Assembly (NCBI GenBank): GCA_976226885.1
Contig: OZ320313.1
Location: 164,424,001 to 164,488,000 of the forward strand
DNA length: 64,000 bases
Direction of reading: 5' to 3'
DNA from: Iphione sp. A-MEVVRFRX5
Taxonomy: Eukaryota
Shown: piece by piece, positions 52,968-64,000 of the stretch
How positions within the stretch are numbered: the stretch's first letter is position 1
How the letters are laid out: each line of letters starts with the position of its first letter
Translations under genes and position numbers: made by a program
Notes under the pieces: model-generated
Told to the model about the DNA's origin: nothing
What the model saw: the letters and a program-made list of their open reading frames with translations, nothing else
Database searches by the model: none

Positions 52968-54264
52968 TTGAGTTTGAGTTTTATAGGCACACTTGCCTCG
53001 TTTATTGCTGAACAACATCGTACAATCATGTCATAGTGCGCTTTTTTTTTTTTTTTTTTTTTTTTTAACAATAAAGAACATTAACAATCTGGAGAAGGAT
53101 ATATTGGTGATGACAGGTGAGAGGATGGAAAATGTAAGAACAAATTAACCCCTAAATATAACAAGAGGGTAGGACAATTATTGTGATAGTGGAAGTAGTT
53201 ATGTATGACTACAAAGATTCGTATACTTTTTTCCATAAAACTGCAACCTTAGGTTTACATAGAAGAGAATACAGGTAAGCTGTGTGTCTTATATCATTTC
53301 TCCATGAATCCCAATGTAAATTACCAGAGTGATACCTTTTCTGTTTTAGTATATAAAACTTCGTACAAATAAGGAGTGCATTAAATAGAGGCTTGTAACG
53401 CATCGGTGTGAAGATACCAAAGAGTATTTCCGCCTCTGACAAGAAGGAGATATCAACGTGTGCAAACCATGACCACCAAGATATAATACTTTCCCATAAA
53501 CGCACAGTGTTGTCACAATATACAAAAAAGTGTTGGAGCGTGTCTGTTTCAGAACAGAAAGAACATTGTGGTGAGGAGGCTACCTTAATCTGGTGTAAAT
53601 AATGTTGACAAGGAATCAACCTGTGGATTAACCTATACTGAAAGGACTGATATTTGGTGGATGGAAGTACTGTAAAGGGTAACCTAAATACTCGTGACCA
53701 TTCAAATCCTTCAGCAATAGGAGTAACTCCAATAGTATCCCACTTCAGGATAGCTTTCGGTTGTACAGATTGCTCATGGATCAGAGCCCAATAAATATTT
53801 TTTGCCGTAAGTACACTAATATCATAGTCAGAGTCAAAGGTTGAAAAATATAAAGCCATTGGCATCAATGAACCAGAACTCACATTCAAAATGTTTATAT
53901 AGTATTCAGGGATTCTCTGACAAATGACTAGATAGTCAGCAGAGGTTAAATCCAAAGCATAAGTTGTATTTACTGCATTTAACGACCGAAATGATCCATC
54001 TAGATTACATACATGACCCACTAGGTAAAGACCCTTCTGTTTACATTGGTTTCGGAGTCGAGTAGAGATGACCCCAAGCATAAACTTGTTATTCCATAGA
54101 TCATCTGCCAAGATCGCGGAGGGAGTTTTTGCTTTAATCGTATGCATTTTAAACCAGAGGTTACATAATTCACGGTAATAAGGATGTTTAATACTTGAAA
54201 CTCTTACAACTCTCTTACTTCTGAAAAAGCTGTGTACATCTACAACCCCTAAGGCATATTGCAC
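52968..54264 (-). mobile_element. 5'-truncated L1/Tx1-type LINE insertion with poly(A), extra 3' segment and 14-bp TSD
   Basis: Direct repeat gagcgatattatag at 52954-52967 and 54265-54278; T25 at 53042-53066. Confidence 0.85.
53209..54264 (-). pseudogene. C-terminal part of LINE ORF2 (zf-RVT and CCHC), open for about 350 codons
   Basis: WSRVFRLPF...KYQSFQYRLIHRLIPC...CSFCSETDTLQHFFVYC...LWESI; lacks the EN and RT domains. Confidence 0.85.
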
Positions 54265-55043
54265 GAGCGATATTATAGGTAGGGACACGGACTAAGAATG
54301 TATCTCTAATTAAACTCGTTTTGAAACTGCTACAAAATTTGAGACATTTAACAAGTGGAATGTGAAGCAGCTGATAAGCATTTCTGTTATATATTCAAAG
54401 ATGTGAGCAGTGTAAACTCTTACCCGAGGTCTTTCGCGTCTCTGCTTCGACAATGTGATCCGGATAACAACAAATGCAGAAAGTGCTAGTAGTGAATGCG
54501 CCGTTCACGAAACACTCCTTTGGCTACACCCCTCCCGCGCGCCACCACTTACAAGTTACAGAGCTGGGTACCCAAAGAAAATTTGTCACATATTTTAACC
54601 TCTCTGTCGTAAAAATACAATCAGTTCAGCACTAAACCAGTAAACAATGCAAGAGGGTTTTCGCATTCAGTAATGTCTCTGTCGCATAATTCTTTTTTTT
54701 TAAAAGGCACTTGCCTGTTCTTTATTTCTGAGGAAGTTGACACGAAATAACAATACAGTGCCTGTTTTTTGTGTTTTTTTACACGAGTAAAAATAATACA
54801 TCAAGATTAGACACACTTAAGAGGTGGATGTACCCGCTTATAGATGTACTTAGGCCTATATATGGAGATCAGAGGGGAAAGCACTGCCCCCCCCCCTCCT
54901 TCCCCACCTACACCCATGGAATAAGTGTATTCCATGCTCCAACACTCGTATTGTTGTGTTTTGTTGTTCCCCCATTATTGTTTTTTCAGCAGCTTTGGTA
55001 TGATTCCAAAATGTCAATGGAACGTAACCTTGAATTATGACTA

Positions 55044-55282
55044 TGTATGACACTCTCAGGATATTGTTCGCCCCGATCGAAGAGACATAACGAACTGCTA
55101 TATTTTTAGAGATTTATTCCTTAACATGCAGGAAGTGAATGACAATGAAGGCTCCACCCGGCTCTTATTTATACATAAGTGTAACTCCGGGCGGAGCCTA
55201 ATGAGATCGGAAGAAATCCGGCACCACAACACTCCGCTCAGGGCGGAATACGTACGACACAATCCCCGGGTGGAGCCCAACA
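55044..55282 (-). repeat. Gypsy 3' LTR (239 bp), preceded by PPT AGAGGGGGCAG (55293-55283)
   Basis: On the minus strand it starts TGTTGG and ends ATACA, with TATAAATA near 55150 and AATAAA near 55115. Confidence 0.75.
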
Positions 55283-55386
55283 CTGCCCCCTCTAAGAAGG
55301 CTCAGTCCCTGAGCAACATGCAAAAATGTAACATGCAACAGAAGGTAACACCAAGAAAAAAAGGTTGCTAAACAGCTAGGGGACCT

Positions 55387-57730
55387 CTACTGGTCCCCAG
55401 TTGGCCTCTCTACAGAGACCTGGAATTCCTCGTCGAGGGATAAGTCCAACTGATAGCTAGTCTCCTGCATCTGAGCAGTCAGTTCAGATAACACCCATAC
55501 TGGGCGTACCCGGGGCTCCTTCCACCCGTGCCCTTGCAGCCACTCACTCGGGGACCCTGCTGCAGCTGGGTCTGTGGCGCGAAGGCGAAGCTGCACCCCC
55601 TGTCAGATCTGCACCAAGGTGCTGTTCGTTTGGGGAGTGACCGTCGCCGTCCCTCGTGCAGAGAGCAGCCGCCATCCGACAGGGGGGACCGAAAGGGGGG
55701 TGACCACCCAGGCCTGAGCCCAGCGAACTATCAGCCCGGGCACCTCTGTTGACTCCAGCCGCAGCTGTCGGCAGGCGACAGGCCTAGTACCAGCCCGTCT
55801 CACTAAGTCTCCAGCCGACCTTTGCCCTATCCCGGGGCGGAGAGGTCCAGCCGGGACCGGGGTGCTAGTGGCCAGGAGCGGAACTGACTGGTCTCACCAT
55901 AACAGTCCAGCCCTAAACCCTGGGCGTCATTCTACCATCATGGAATGGGTGGCCTCTCTTCCCGTAGGGGCGCCGGTCGACCCCTCTCTTTCCTCCTCTC
56001 GTCGTCCCGGGAGTGCCGGGGGGAAGACCTCCTGGTCCGCCGAGGTAGTGGACTGCACTTCCTCCTTCTCTCGTTGTCCCGGGAGTGCCGGGGGGAGGAC
56101 CTCCTGGTCTGGCGGAGGGGGAATCGGCTGCTCTGCCTCCTCATCTTATCGTCCCGGGGGTGCCGGGGGGAGGACCTCCAGGTCCGTCGGAGGAGGGGCC
56201 GGCTGCTCCCCCTCCTCCTCTCGTTGTCCTGGGAGAGCCGGGGGGGGGGAACCCCTTGGTCCACTGGCGGGGGAACCGACGGCTGCCCTTCCTTAGCCAA
56301 AGGAGCGACCTCTTGGTGCGACGGGGGGCCGGTTGGCCCCTCTCTTTCCTCCTCTCGTCGTCCTGGGAGTGCCGGGGGGAGGACCTCCTGGTCCGGCGGA
56401 GGGGGAACCGGCTGCTCCACCTCCTCATCTCGTCGTCCCAGGAGTGCCGGGGGGAGGACCTCCAGGTCCGTCAGAGGAGGGGCCGGCTGTTCCCCCTCCT
56501 CCTCTCATCATCCCGGGAGTGCCGGGGGGAGGACCTCCCGGTCCGTCGGAGGTAGAATCGGCTGCTCTGCCTCCTCGTCTCATCGTCCCGGGAGTGCCGG
56601 GGGGGTAATCTCCTGATCCATGGGAGGAGAGTCCGACTGCTGGCTCTCCTCCCCTCGTCGTCCCAGGAGTGCCGGGGGGATAACAGGTTTCAGTGCCCTT
56701 GTTGAGTCGCAGGTGCTGGGGCCAGGCTGTGGTTCCACCTCGCCCCGCCGACCAAGGGACACCGGGGGAACTCCGCCCTGGCTGGATTCCGCCAGCTCAC
56801 TCCGTCCCTGCCAGGGGGTGCCGAGGTCCAGCCATGGCTCTAACTCTGCCTCGAAGGCGGATGAACCCTCGCCGAGCTCCGCCAGTGTAGCTGCAGCCTC
56901 CTCCTCTGTAGGTAAATCCTCCTCTGGTTCTTCCTCGATGACTCCCCCGGTCATCTCGAGTCGAGCGTTACGTACCCGACCGTAAGTTCCTTCAGGACTA
57001 TGGCTCAACTCGGTGGCCAGGGTGCTGGAAGCGACCGTCTCTTCCTGGCCTCCGACTCCCTCATCGTCCGAGTCTGGATCGGACCCTATGACTACAATGT
57101 CACGGGGCTGCTCGGACCTCTCCACATTCTCCCAGCCCTCACCCAAGCGCTCGTCCAGTTCCTTCGCCGCAGTGCTATATGAGGAGGAACCTGCGGAGCC
57201 TGGGGTGGACTGGGGGGTAAAGCCCTGGCCTTTAATGCCTGACGTAACCAGGGCCCGGTGCAGCGGGGACATTGTCGACGAAGCAGCACCCTTCTTCGCT
57301 GGCGAAGGTAGGCTGGCAGGGGTAATAGGGCTGGTCTGCGGTTGGTACTTCCTCTTCCCCCTGGCCTCCTCTCTCATGGCGGCCAGGTCCCAGCCATGAT
57401 CAGGGGTAAGCGGGTCGTCCTCTTCCGGCGGTGACATCGTTCTGGCCCGTCCCCTCGCCAATCCCCTGACTCGATCCGCCCCGGGGGTAGAGGGAAGGGC
57501 CGGCACAATGGAGCGTGTGGAAGTAGAGGGGGACGGTCCCCATCACCAAATCCCTCGTCCAATCCCACGTAGGGGAGCCCCAGGGGACACGTCCAGTCCG
57601 TAGAGCTGAGCCTCGATGGAATCTGTGGATACAGGGGTGGCGGGGGTCCCTGATCCCCCAGGCGTGGACACCGTGGAGGAGACCTGGGCGCCCCTTCCCG
57701 TCCGAGGCCGAAGCTGGCGAGTCTCCACTA

Positions 57731-57761
<31 letters not shown>

Positions 57762-59112
57762 AGAATCCGAGTCCCCGGGTGGTAGGGCTCCGGCAGCAGC
57801 GGACGGCCCCGCAGGAGGGAGGTGGCCCAGCTTGGGCCGGGTGGGGAGGGTCTCCCCCTGGCTCATGGCCAACTCCTTGGTCCTCTCGTAGGCCTTGACT
57901 TTGCGTTGGCGCTGGTACTCCGCTTCCTTCTCGGGCGGCACGGGGATGATCTCCCTCTTAGTAAGGTCCATGTAGACCACGTCTACTGACTGACCCAGTT
58001 CCAGCGGTCGCTCAGCCTCCTGGGCGTGCTGCTTCTCCAGGTGCCGCCGGAAGTCATCCCGATGGCCAAAATGCGCCCCTCGGCAGCGAGGAACGGCATA
58101 TCCTTACGAACCCCTTCCTAGCATGCTTCTTCTTGTAGCACTTGAAGTTTGATGTGTTCTCGGTTGTGTAGCCGCAGATCCGACATAGGCGGGCCTCGTC
58201 CCGCGGCATCTTGACCTCCACCTGGGCTTCAGCAGGGCGGACTCCGGAGGCTTGGGCGAACTCCGGTAGGTTCCGACAGGGGTGACTAGCGGACTCCGGC
58301 AATCCAGGTGAGTTCCGTAAGGAACTCCCAGCGTGCTCCAGTAGCAGCGCGGTGCAGTTCCTGCCGTTGGACAGCGGATGATTTGGAACGTACTCCGGTG
58401 AAGCCCAGTAGAAACTCCGCTGACGAGGCAGAGCGCGGCGTTGAACAGTACGAACGGCCTCCTGCAGCGCCGCCTCCTTATATCCCCGAGCCCAGTACTC
58501 CGCCCACCTCTGATTGGCCCAGCGTTCCCGCGCCTGGCATTGATTGGTCGACGCTGAGCGGAGTGCGGCAATATTCCCGCCCGGAGCCAACTGTCGAGGC
58601 GGATTCCGCTGACTGCGGGGGAAATCCGGGTGGAGTCTAGGGCGGACTCCGCCGACCGTGCGCCTCTTCCAGCTTGGATGTCGCCGCTCTCCTAACTTCC
58701 TCCACAGGACCTGGACCAAATGGTTAGTGGCCTGGCGCCCATAACGCTGCTGCAATTTCCTCCGCGGTCCTAGCAGCCTTTTCATGGCTCTACAGAACCC
58801 TAGGACTGGACCGGCCAGCCCCCCCATCACGTGTGGCGGTCGCTGGAGGTAGAGGGGTTGGAGAGCTCGGCAGGTCCGGTCACTCAGGATACGAAGTTCC
58901 ATGGCCACCAAATCCACCCACCCTTGGGGAATCTGTACGACCGGAGAGGGCCACGGGGCAGGAGACAGAGCAGTTTGGAAGGGATGCGGCGGCGCCGTCC
59001 GGTTGGGTCTGGAACTCTGTCCTTGAGGCCGCCTGTACCAGCGGGGAGGGGGTACCGGAAATTGGTCCTGAACTCCTTCCTGGCCCCCTTGGTCCGGCTT
59101 CCCTTGCAGCAT
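55387..59112 (-). pseudogene. Large extra Gypsy ORF after pol: two C2H2-like zinc fingers, acidic/Pro-rich region, 24-25-aa repeats and a C-terminal globular segment
   Basis: ATG lies 6 nt after the pol stop. Track ORFs 58054-59112, 57543-57980, 56580-57506, 55938-56420, 55603-55803 and 55387-55596 chain together through TGA stops and two frameshifts. Confidence 0.7.
55980..56770 (-). repeat. 72-75-bp coding tandem repeat, about 9 units (EQPxPPPxDQEVLPPALPGRREEE)
   Basis: gtcccgggagtgccggggggaggacctcc at 56004, 56076, 56151, 56226, 56360, 56435, 56510, 56585 and 56660. Confidence 0.9.
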
Positions 59113-59118
59113 TCTAAC

Positions 59119-61201
59119 TCATCCGAGTACCCCCGCATCCTCGTTCTCTACCTGCCCCATGGCCTTCTTTAAGAGATCGGCGTGCACTACCCTGTGACGC
59201 TGTCCTCGCTTGATCCGGTAGACCACGGCGCTCAGCCTGGTTTGGACCTCCCAAGTTCCTTGCCAGCAGCTTTGCAGTTTAGGGGAACGTCCTTTCTTCT
59301 TTACTGGACTGTAGAGCCACACCCGATCTCCGACGTCGAACTCCTGGGCCCTAACTTTCTTATCGTACCAGTCCTTGTGACGCTCCGCGGCCTTCTGTAG
59401 GTGCCTCTGCACTGTCCGATGGGCTTCTACAAAACGGTGGTGGACCTCCTCTACGTATTCAGTCACCGACCAACGTTCCACCCTCGGGGATCCTACCATC
59501 AACTCAATGGGTAGGGTTGTCTCACGTTGCAGGGTGAGCCAGTTTGGAGAGAACCCCGTCGTACGGTGGGGGGTGGCTCAGTAGGCGGCGAGGACAAACG
59601 GAATCTTCTCGTCCCAGTCAGACTGATCCTCCTGCACGACTTTGGCCAGCATGCCGAGAAGGGTCCTGTTAAACCTCTCTACCACCCCGTCGCTCTGGGG
59701 GTGGTATGGGGTCGTCCGAGACCGCTGAATCCTAAGGAGCTGCAGCAGCTCCTGGACAACTGCTGCTTCAAAGTTTCTTCCTTGATCCGAGTGGAGAACC
59801 CAGGGGGGACCGAATCGGCAGATGATTTTTCGTAACAGAATCTGAGCCGTGGCCGTCACTGTTACTTCCTTGGCAGGGAAAGCCTCAGTCCACTTAGTAA
59901 AATGGTCCACCACTACAAGGATGTACTTGTTCCCCCTAGCCGTCTCGGGGAAAGGGCCACACACATCCACTGCCACAAACTCCAGGGAGCCGGAGCTACC
60001 CGAAGCTGCAATGGGGCCCGATGCCGCCGGACGGGGTCCTGTCTCTTCTGGCAGGGGAAGCACGCCCACCCCCACTGCTGGACATCACGGGCCAACCCGG
60101 GCCAACAGTACTTGCGCTGTAAGGCCCCTTCAGTCTTCTCGGGGCCAAGGTGTCCTCCCAGGGCACCGGCATGGACCTCCTGCCAGACGCGGAATCGATG
60201 TCCTTCAGGGACGTAGACCTGGTACCAGGTGGCCCCTTCCTCGGTCTCCCATCAGCGACACAAGAGGCCTCCTCTTACTTCCAACCTGGGCATCTCTCCT
60301 TTCAACCAACATTCCTCTCGTTCTTCTCCTCCACCTAGCAGGGGGATTGTTTCTCCGGACTCGAGAGCCTGCAGTATGGGCCCCGCCCTGACATCCTGCT
60401 TCTGGGCATAGCTCAGGGTGTCCTCTTCTGCCGGTACTACTGACACAGCCGCCACCTGTCCCAGCTCTTCCATCTCCATAGGCTCTCTCCCGCACTGTGG
60501 ACACTTCTGCCTCGAGAGACCATCCGCATTACCATGCTTCCTACCTGGTCAGTGAATAATCTCCAGATCGTAGCAATGTACCTCTTCTAGCCAGCGTGCG
60601 AGCTGGCCTTCTGGGGCCTTGAAGTGCCACAGCCAACGCCACGAGCTATGGTCTGTACGGATCACCAGCTTTTGGCCTCCCACGTACGAGCGGAACTTGC
60701 GTAGACCAAACACCACCACCAATAGCTCCTTCCTGGTCACGCAATAATTACGCTCCAGGCGAGAGAGGCTCCGGCTCGCGTAGGCCAAAACACATTCCCT
60801 CCCGCCTTGTTCCTGTGAGAGCACCGCCCCCAGCCCTGCAGCAGAGGCGTCAGTGTCCAATGTCATCTGTCCTTCCGGCCGGGGGTAGGCCAACACTGGA
60901 GCGGAGACAAGCTTTGTTTTTAAAGTGACGAATGCCTGCTGACAGTCCGGTGTCCAGCAATACTCTTTGCCTTTCTCCAACAACTCGTGTAAAGGGGCAG
61001 CCACCGCAGCGAATCCTTCGACGAAGCTACGGTAATAAGAGCAAAGGCCAACGAAACTCTGAAGCTCGGTGATGCAGCGGGGGACTGGCCAAGCTTGCAC
61101 AGACGCGATCTTCTCGGGGTCCAGTCCCACTCCTTCGGCAGACACCTGGTGTCCCAAATATGCCACCTTCTTCTGGAACAACTGGCACTTCTGTGGTTTA
61201 A
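59119..61201 (-). pseudogene. Gypsy pol (RT thumb, RNase H, HHCC and DDE integrase), disrupted
   Basis: KPQKC...YLGH, DTDAS, YCVTRKELL, RTDH, GGHLG, VAVDVCGP, HSDQG, YHPQSDGVVERFNRT. TGA stops at 60549, 60252 and 59578, plus two frameshifts. Confidence 0.95.
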
Positions 61202-64000
61202 CCCATTCCAGGCGGCCGATGCCCAGAGGCACTCCCGGGCGTAATACTGAGAATGCCTATAAGCACTCCCGTACAAAAGACGGAAGATGCCTTGAGGCAT
61301 CTTTTTAGTGTTTATTATTTGAAATAAAGATTATCAATAGAAATAGTTGTTGGAATTTCGTGTTTTTTGGAGAATATTTAGGAAAGACATTAAAGTTTAT
61401 TATATGTTAATTCCAACGAGAAATAACGAGATTTGAAAATTGTTTTGGGCGTTCCAAACTATGAAACTCACTCTTTGTTGACATAGGCAGCGAGCAGCTC
61501 TGACTTCATTCATTGAGCTAGTCACAAAGAAGAGTCCATTGAACGATTATGACAGATCAATTCTCCGATTCAGATGAGGAATGGGAAGATGATTTTCCTC
61601 TGTCGACAATTAGGATATTGGATAGAATGGAAAATTGTTTGGGCACAGATCATTGTGAAGAGAGTAATTCTTCAGGAGAATCGGAGGACGATGAGACGAC
61701 AGCGCCCAGTGACCAGCAGACGACAACGGGAGAGCGTAAATGGGTACGCGTTAATGAAAACCTCAGAAAGACCCCAGAATTGAAGGAATTTGATGAAACA
61801 GAGTGTGGAATCCAATCAGTTGTGGATAGGGACAAGACAAAGTCAGTTTGTGATTATTTTAAATTATTTTTCACTATCGAATTCATTACTGATCTGGTCA
61901 AACGAACCAATGCCTATGCTCAACGACAGCGTGAAGCGCAACCAACCGGGCATAAAGGGCGTTGGGCGCCGACAACAATTGAAGAGATGACTCGCTTCTT
62001 AGGCCTAACGTTCATCATGGGCATCATCAGAAAACCAGACTTGAAGGGATATTGGACCACAATTGAGGAATTTGCAACTCCCTTTTTCAATAAAGTCATT
62101 CCACGAGACCGCTTCATCCAAATCCTACGGTGAGTACAAAAAATACAAAAAATACACCCAACAATAACGACAAAATCATTATTATATGGGTTGAATGCTA
62201 ATTCCTAGATCTAATCTTTTTCTTTTTTTATCATATCTAATTTAAATTTTGTACTTCCCAGCTATATCAACTTTGCCTCTCCAATCAACGAGAACGACCA
62301 ACAACAACCTGGAACATCTGCAGATGAACCTCCAAGCCCAGCGACTGGCCCCATGAGCAAAGTCAGTTGGTTGATCGAATCATTCAACAAGGTTGCATCT
62401 ACCGTTTACAGACCTAGGAGGGATGTAGCGATCGATGAATCAATGGTCAAACATAAAGGAAGATGTCGATTCCTCCAGTACATGCCCAAAAAACCTTCTA
62501 AGTGGGGGTTGAAGTGTTGGCTACTAGCAGAAAGCAGAACTGGTGAGTCCCGTTACTTTTTTGGCAGTGAATTGACTTCATAGTGGTTAGGGGTATTGAC
62601 ATTGTGTAAAAAAATAGCAACTGGTGACCTGTTGAATCCACTTCCATTTTTCCCTAATTCTTTCCTAAAACTAAAAAAAACCAACAATTTCTTCTTATTA
62701 GGATATGTCCTTCGCCTGGATCCCTATTTTGGCAGAGAAGACAGAGGTGGCCAGTCATTGTATGAGCATGTTGTGATGAAGCTACTCCGGGGTGCCAATA
62801 TCCTAGGCAAATGTCATCGTTTATATGTAGACAACTATTACACATCAGTGTCTATGTTTGAAAAACTAGCTGCATTTGGGACATTCTGCTGTGGTACACT
62901 TCGTCTGAATAGAGTAGGATTACCAAAATCTCTTATGGTAAAAAAGCATCAATCACTAAAACGTAGAGGAGAATGTATTTTCTCCAAGTGTGGTCAGCTG
63001 ATGTTATGTGTTTGGAAAGACAGGAAACTGGTTCATTTGTTATCTTCAATACATGGCACTGTCATGTCTACAGTAAAACGTGTGGTACAACAACCTGACA
63101 GTGGTAAATTTGCAAAGAGTGATGTCCCCTGCCCTGTATCTATCAAAGATTATTCTAAAAATATGGGAGCAGTGGACTTAGCGGATCAAATGTACCAGTA
63201 TTATTGTTTCGGACGAAAGAGTAAAAAATGGACCAAAAAGATTTTCTGGTTCATTTTAGAGATCATGAAGCTCAATGCATTTGTAATGTATAATTCTGTT
63301 GCATGCAAAAAAATTACTCTGCTGGAATTTTCATATAAGCTTGTCACTTCATTGATGTCTGTACCAGACCTATCCCTCAGAAGTGAGAAAATTGTGAAAT
63401 CAGATAAGTACAGGTTGACTAATCGTTGCATGCCAGCTGACTTACATAGAAAATCTTTCTGTAGAGTCTGTTACCACCGTGTAAGAGTTGGCACTCAAGC
63501 CACCAGAAAACAGACACGATATGGATGTAAGAGCTGTAATGTGCATCTTTGCATGCCCACCTGTTTCACAGTATATCACACTGTAGACGACTACACGGTA
63601 AACCAATGCGAGGAGTAAATATCACTGAAAGATCTACATGGAAAAGCTGAAAATACACTGAAAGTATCATATCAATATAATAAACACTTTGAACTGAATA
63701 TCTCACCTTGTTGTCCATTGATTCCTGTATTGTAGTCCATTTTAATATAAATTCCCATAGCGTAACACATGCTACGCCTATTACGTAATAGGTTATCCGC
63801 TCAGTAATAATCCTGAATGTGAGAGAAATACGAATAATTCCACTTAAATCCATAGCAAGATGAAATCTATAATTCCTTCTGAATAATTAATTCACAATGT
63901 CTAAAGATGACATATCCAAAATAATTCCGTTTCCAGAGAAATATCGAGTCTGGTGACGCTCCGCGATTACCATAACGTAATAGTAAAGTTTGGGTGCCGC
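61202..64000 (+). mobile_element. piggyBac DNA transposon (right end beyond the window)
   Basis: TTAA (61198-61201) is followed by CCCATTCCAGGC, exactly where the Gypsy RT homology breaks; the transposase gene follows. Confidence 0.92.
61549..63618 (+). CDS. piggyBac transposase (PGBD4-like), 3 exons, 592 aa, apparently intact
   Basis: Exons 61549-62129, 62262-62542 and 62702-63618 (GT-AG, 1779 nt, no stops). Catalytic motifs AIDESM, VDNYYTS and GAVDLADQ; C-terminal CRVC...CKSCNVHLC...CF..YH; AATAAA at 63679. Confidence 0.93.

Larger units (their letters stand above)
55044..61201 (-). mobile_element. Ty3/Gypsy LTR retrotransposon, 3' half (interrupted by piggyBac at 61198-61201)
   Basis: RT-RNaseH-integrase order, a polypurine tract and a TG...CA LTR. 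The element is much more GC-rich than its flanks. Confidence 0.95.

Noticed and set aside
55862-57399. Several long plus-strand ORFs
   Set aside because: They are antisense frames of the GC-rich repeats in the Gypsy extra ORF.
55387-59112. env gene
   Set aside because: No signal peptide, furin site plus fusion peptide, or TM anchor is apparent.

Overview
This is animal (invertebrate-like, about 40% GC) genomic DNA with spliceosomal introns and four N gaps; it is not prokaryotic, so most single ORFs in the track are exon fragments or artefacts. Three host transcription units can be reconstructed from GT-AG boundaries and reading phase. (1) A minus-strand gene has a THAP zinc-finger exon (13.6-13.9 kb) and phase-compatible exons leading to a ZMYND8/11-type PHD finger (0.8 kb); it continues off the left edge. 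(2) A complete 11-exon TRAM (translocating chain-associated membrane protein) gene lies on + (17050-28713, about 386 aa). (3) A GTSF1/Asterix-like gene with two CHHC zinc fingers and a long disordered GRG-containing tail lies on - (about 41.0-48.6 kb). The last 14 kb is a nested transposon island. It holds a 1.1-kb fold-back element with telomere-like repeats and a 5'-truncated LINE with an extra 3' segment inside a 14-bp TSD. It also holds a GC-rich Gypsy LTR retrotransposon with a very large extra ORF after pol (C2H2 zinc fingers, 25-aa repeats) broken by CGA>TGA stops, and an apparently intact two-intron piggyBac inserted at a TTAA inside the Gypsy RT. MITEs, tRNA-derived SINE heads, DIRS recombinase relics and minisatellites fill the introns. 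All coordinates and identities were read by eye; no database searches were run.
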